In this document: one piece after another, positions 26,774-29,099 of the stretch
Layout of the letters: each line of letters opens with the position of its first letter
Numbering within the stretch: the stretch's first letter is position 1
Origin: Syntrophomonadaceae bacterium
GTDB lineage: Bacteria; Bacillota; Dethiobacteria; DTU022; UBA8154
Length of the DNA stretch: 29,099 nucleotides
Assembly (NCBI GenBank): GCA_003561325.1
Contig: PWWY01000220.1
Coordinates: 1-29,099 of the forward strand
Reading direction: 5' to 3'
Translations under genes and position numbers: made by a program
Notes under the pieces: model-generated
Seen by the model: the letters and a program-made list of their open reading frames with translations, nothing else
What the model was told of the DNA's origin: nothing
The model's database searches: none

Positions 26774-27490
26774 GTGGTATGTTGTGTGCAGATTGCCATT
26801 GACGGCCCGGCCGGGGCAGGCAAAAGCAGCGTCGCCAGGGAGGTAGCCAGGCGGTTGGGTTTGGTCTATCTCGATACGGGAGCCATGTACCGGGCCATTA
26901 CGCTGAAAGCGCTGAACGAAGGTGTCGATGTCAACGACGGCAAAATGCTCTCCCGCTTAACCAAGAACTGTAAGCTGGAAGTTGTCTACGACGACAGCCT
27001 GGGAAACCGTATCTTGATGGATGGAAATGATATCACGGAAGAGATACGTGCCCCCAGGGTAAATCAAAACGTTTCCCTGGTGGCCAAGTCTTCGGAGGTT
27101 CGCAAGGAACTGGTCCACTTGCAGCAGGCCATCGCAAAAAAAACGGGTGGGATCATCATGGAAGGTCGTGATATCGGCACAAACGTGCTGACGGATGCGC
27201 CCTACAAGTTTTTTTTATCTGCGGACGTGGAAGAGCGAGCCAGGAGAAGATGGGTGGAAATGAAAGAAAAGAACGTGGTGGTCCCGTTCCAGGACCTGCT
27301 GGAAGAAATTGCCATGCGCGATCGTATCGACCAGGAGAGAGAGGATGCTCCATTGCGGGCGGCCCCGGACGCCTGTGTGATCGATACCACGTCGTACAGT
27401 TTTGAGGAAGTCGTACAAAACCTCCTCGAGATGATTCGGTCTGCCCCGCGTGATTTGCAGAAAAAGAGCTGTTCCGGAGAGGTTCGGTAG
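26774..27490 (+). CDS. cmk: Cytidylate kinase
   Basis: IAIDGPAGAGKS, LDTGAMYRA, EGRDIGT, FLSA...RARRR, RDRIDQER. True start may be GTG 26786. Confidence 0.96.
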   Translation: MVCCVQIAIDGPAGAGKSSVAREVARRLGLVYLDTGAMYRAITLKALNEGVDVNDGKMLSRLTKNCKLEVVYDDSLGNRILMDGNDITEEIRAPRVNQNVSLVAKSSEVRKELVHLQQAIAKKTGGIIMEGRDIGTNVLTDAPYKFFLSADVEERARRRWVEMKEKNVVVPFQDLLEEIAMRDRIDQEREDAPLRAAPDACVIDTTSYSFEEVVQNLLEMIRSAPRDLQKKSCSGEVR

Positions 27491-27492
27491 CG

Positions 27493-28074
27493 ATGATTTA
27501 CCGGTTTTTTCACTTTTTTTTCAATCTCCTCTTCAGAACATTTTTCGGGTACCGCATTTCCGGGAAGAATCATCTCCCTTCCCGGGGCCCGTTTATCATT
27601 TGTGCCAACCACACGAGCTGGTTTGATCCTCCCCTGACAGGTTGTATCGTTCCAGCGAAAAATAGAGTCCATTTCATGGCAAAAGAAGAGTTATTCCACA
27701 TCCTGTTCCTGGGGTGGATCATCAAAAAAATGGGGGCCTTTCCGGTCCGGCGGAACACGGCCGACCGCAAGGCCATACGCCAGGCCCTGCAGATTTTAGA
27801 AGCAGGCGGGGTTGTGGGGTTATTCCCGGAAGGCACCAGGATAAAAACCGGGGCGTTGGGAAAGCCCATGCAGGGTGCCGGCCTTATTGCCGTGAAAAGT
27901 CAAAAACCCGTGGTGCCGGTGGCGATCAAGTGGCCTCCCGGGCTGTTCAAGCGCATCCAGGTAGCCATCGGAGAGCCTGTCGTCTTCCAGGGAAAACGAA
28001 AGGGTTCGCTGGAAGAGGTCTCCGGGCAAATTATGGAAGAGATAAGAAAGCAGTGGGTCTCCTTGACTCCTTGA
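27493..28074 (+). CDS. plsC: 1-acyl-sn-glycerol-3-phosphate acyltransferase
   Basis: NHTSWFD (HxxxxD), FMAKEELF, GAFPVRR, FPEGTR. Confidence 0.93.
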   Translation: MIYRFFHFFFNLLFRTFFGYRISGKNHLPSRGPFIICANHTSWFDPPLTGCIVPAKNRVHFMAKEELFHILFLGWIIKKMGAFPVRRNTADRKAIRQALQILEAGGVVGLFPEGTRIKTGALGKPMQGAGLIAVKSQKPVVPVAIKWPPGLFKRIQVAIGEPVVFQGKRKGSLEEVSGQIMEEIRKQWVSLTP

Positions 28075-29099
28075 GGGGGTACGTTTCCATTCAGGTTTAC
28101 TTGGCAGAACATGCCGGCTTCTGTGACGGGGTAAAAAACGCGCTGGAATTGACCCTGCACCACGTGGAAATGGGGAAAGAGGTTAGTACTTTCGGGCCCC
28201 TGGTGCACAATGAAAAAGTGGCAAATGTTTTGGCGCAAAAAGGTGTAAAAGTATTTTCGAAACTAGATGAAATCAAAAGCGGGACGATTATCATCCGCAC
28301 CCATGGCGCGACCCCGGACATCCTGGAGCGTTTGTCCAGGGAACCAAATATCGAAGTCATCGACGCTACGTGCCCCTATGTCAAGCGCTTGCAGAAGATC
28401 GCCCACAACTTTTCGGTCAAGGGGTACACGATTCTTATCTACGGGAACCGCGAACATCCTGAAGTTCAGGCTCTGCTGGGTTGGGCCGGCAAAGGGGCCA
28501 TGGTGATCGCACCCGGAGAGTACGAAGGTATCCACCAGCTGTCCATCCCGGGAAAAGCTGTGCTCATTTCGCAAACCACGCAACGAGAAAAAGAATTCTT
28601 AAACGTGGCGGGCATACTGAAGAGTACCTATGCCGAGCTGGATACGTACAAAACCATTTGCAAAGCCACGGTGCTGCGACAAAATGCAGCAGCTAAACTG
28701 GCTTCAGCGGTAGACTTGATGCTGGTTGTGGGGGATCGGAAGAGTTCCAACACAGAGAAATTAGCAAAAGTTTGCCGTGAAATGATAAAGACCTACCAGA
28801 TCACGGGTGCAGAGGAAATCTCCAGCCGGTGGTTGGTAGGGATCAAAAAAGTTGGGGTCACTGCAGGAGCATCTACCCCGGATTGGACGATAAAGGAGGT
28901 TATGGATCACATGGAAAACGAGAATTTTGAGATTCGACCAGAGGAAGAAAGCAGCCCGGAGGAAGAAAACAAACAAGAAGAGGCCAGCGTGCAGGAAGAA
29001 AGTCTGCAGGCAGAGGCCAGCGAGCAGGAAGAAAGTCTGCAGGCAGAGGCCAGCGAGCAGGAAGAAAGTCTGCAGGTAGAGGCCAATGAGCAGGTAGAA
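28071..29099 (+). CDS. ispH: 4-hydroxy-3-methylbut-2-enyl diphosphate reductase, running off the window through an acidic repeat region (probable IspH-RpsA fusion)
   Basis: Absent from the ORF track because there is no stop in the window. My translation gives LAEHAGFC, GPLVHN, IIRTHG, DATCPYV, EHPEV, SQTT, TIC.AT..RQ, SSNT..L and GVTAGASTPDW, with all three Fe-S cysteines present. The S1 fusion is inferred only. Confidence 0.93.
   Translation, partial: MRGYVSIQVYLAEHAGFCDGVKNALELTLHHVEMGKEVSTFGPLVHNEKVANVLAQKGVKVFSKLDEIKSGTIIIRTHGATPDILERLSREPNIEVIDATCPYVKRLQKIAHNFSVKGYTILIYGNREHPEVQALLGWAGKGAMVIAPGEYEGIHQLSIPGKAVLISQTTQREKEFLNVAGILKSTYAELDTYKTICKATVLRQNAAAKLASAVDLMLVVGDRKSSNTEKLAKVCREMIKTYQITGAEEISSRWLVGIKKVGVTAGASTPDWTIKEVMDHMENENFEIRPEEESSPEEENKQEEASVQEESLQAEASEQEESLQAEASEQEESLQVEANEQVE
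28893..28913 (+). promoter_or_regulatory. Internal Shine-Dalgarno (AAGGAGGT) with in-frame ATGs at the end of the IspH domain
   Basis: AAGGAGGT at 28893-28900 (K-E-V codons). In-frame ATG at 28902 and 28911. Confidence 0.55.
28980..29099 (+). repeat. 33-bp in-frame tandem repeat, at least 3.6 copies, encoding EAS(V/E)QEESLQA
   Basis: Units at 28980-29012, 29013-29045 and 29046-29078, plus a partial diverged unit at 29079-29099. Confidence 0.95.

Noticed and set aside
1028-28976. Many long minus-strand or alternative-frame ORFs (e.g. 1028-1738, 2814-3467, 10391-11017, 13288-13971, 22579-23331, 25113-25691)
   Set aside because: They overlap well-supported + strand genes and look like typical shadow ORFs of GC-rich coding DNA, with no family motifs.

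Overview
Chromosomal backbone from an anaerobic Firmicute (Clostridia-like gene order, moderately GC-rich). All real genes are on the + strand. Order: 3' part of a NuoG/StnC-like pseudo-formate-dehydrogenase subunit, three tandem non-identical folD paralogs (the first has an in-frame TAA, the third has altered catalytic motifs), xseA-xseB-ispA, a sigmaA promoter driving a ~565-nt OLE RNA followed by oapA, dxs-tlyA-nadK-recN, an acyl-CoA dehydrogenase plus amidohydrolase pair, nudF-xerD-deoB-pdp, a degenerate CCA/A-adding-type nucleotidyltransferase, site-2 protease-trpS-scpA-scpB-rluB, a hypothetical gene, and aroH-cmk-plsC-ispH. The ispH frame runs off the end through an acidic 33-bp tandem repeat. 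Main points of interest: the OLE RNA/OapA module (a known class that the ORF track misses, function unresolved), the oxidoreductase plus triple FolD C1 cluster, an intact but probably inactive tRNA nucleotidyltransferase paralog, and the absence of sporulation genes from all four slots where they usually interrupt this backbone. I see no transposase, prophage, CRISPR array, rRNA or tRNA. All family calls come from motif recognition by eye, not database searches.
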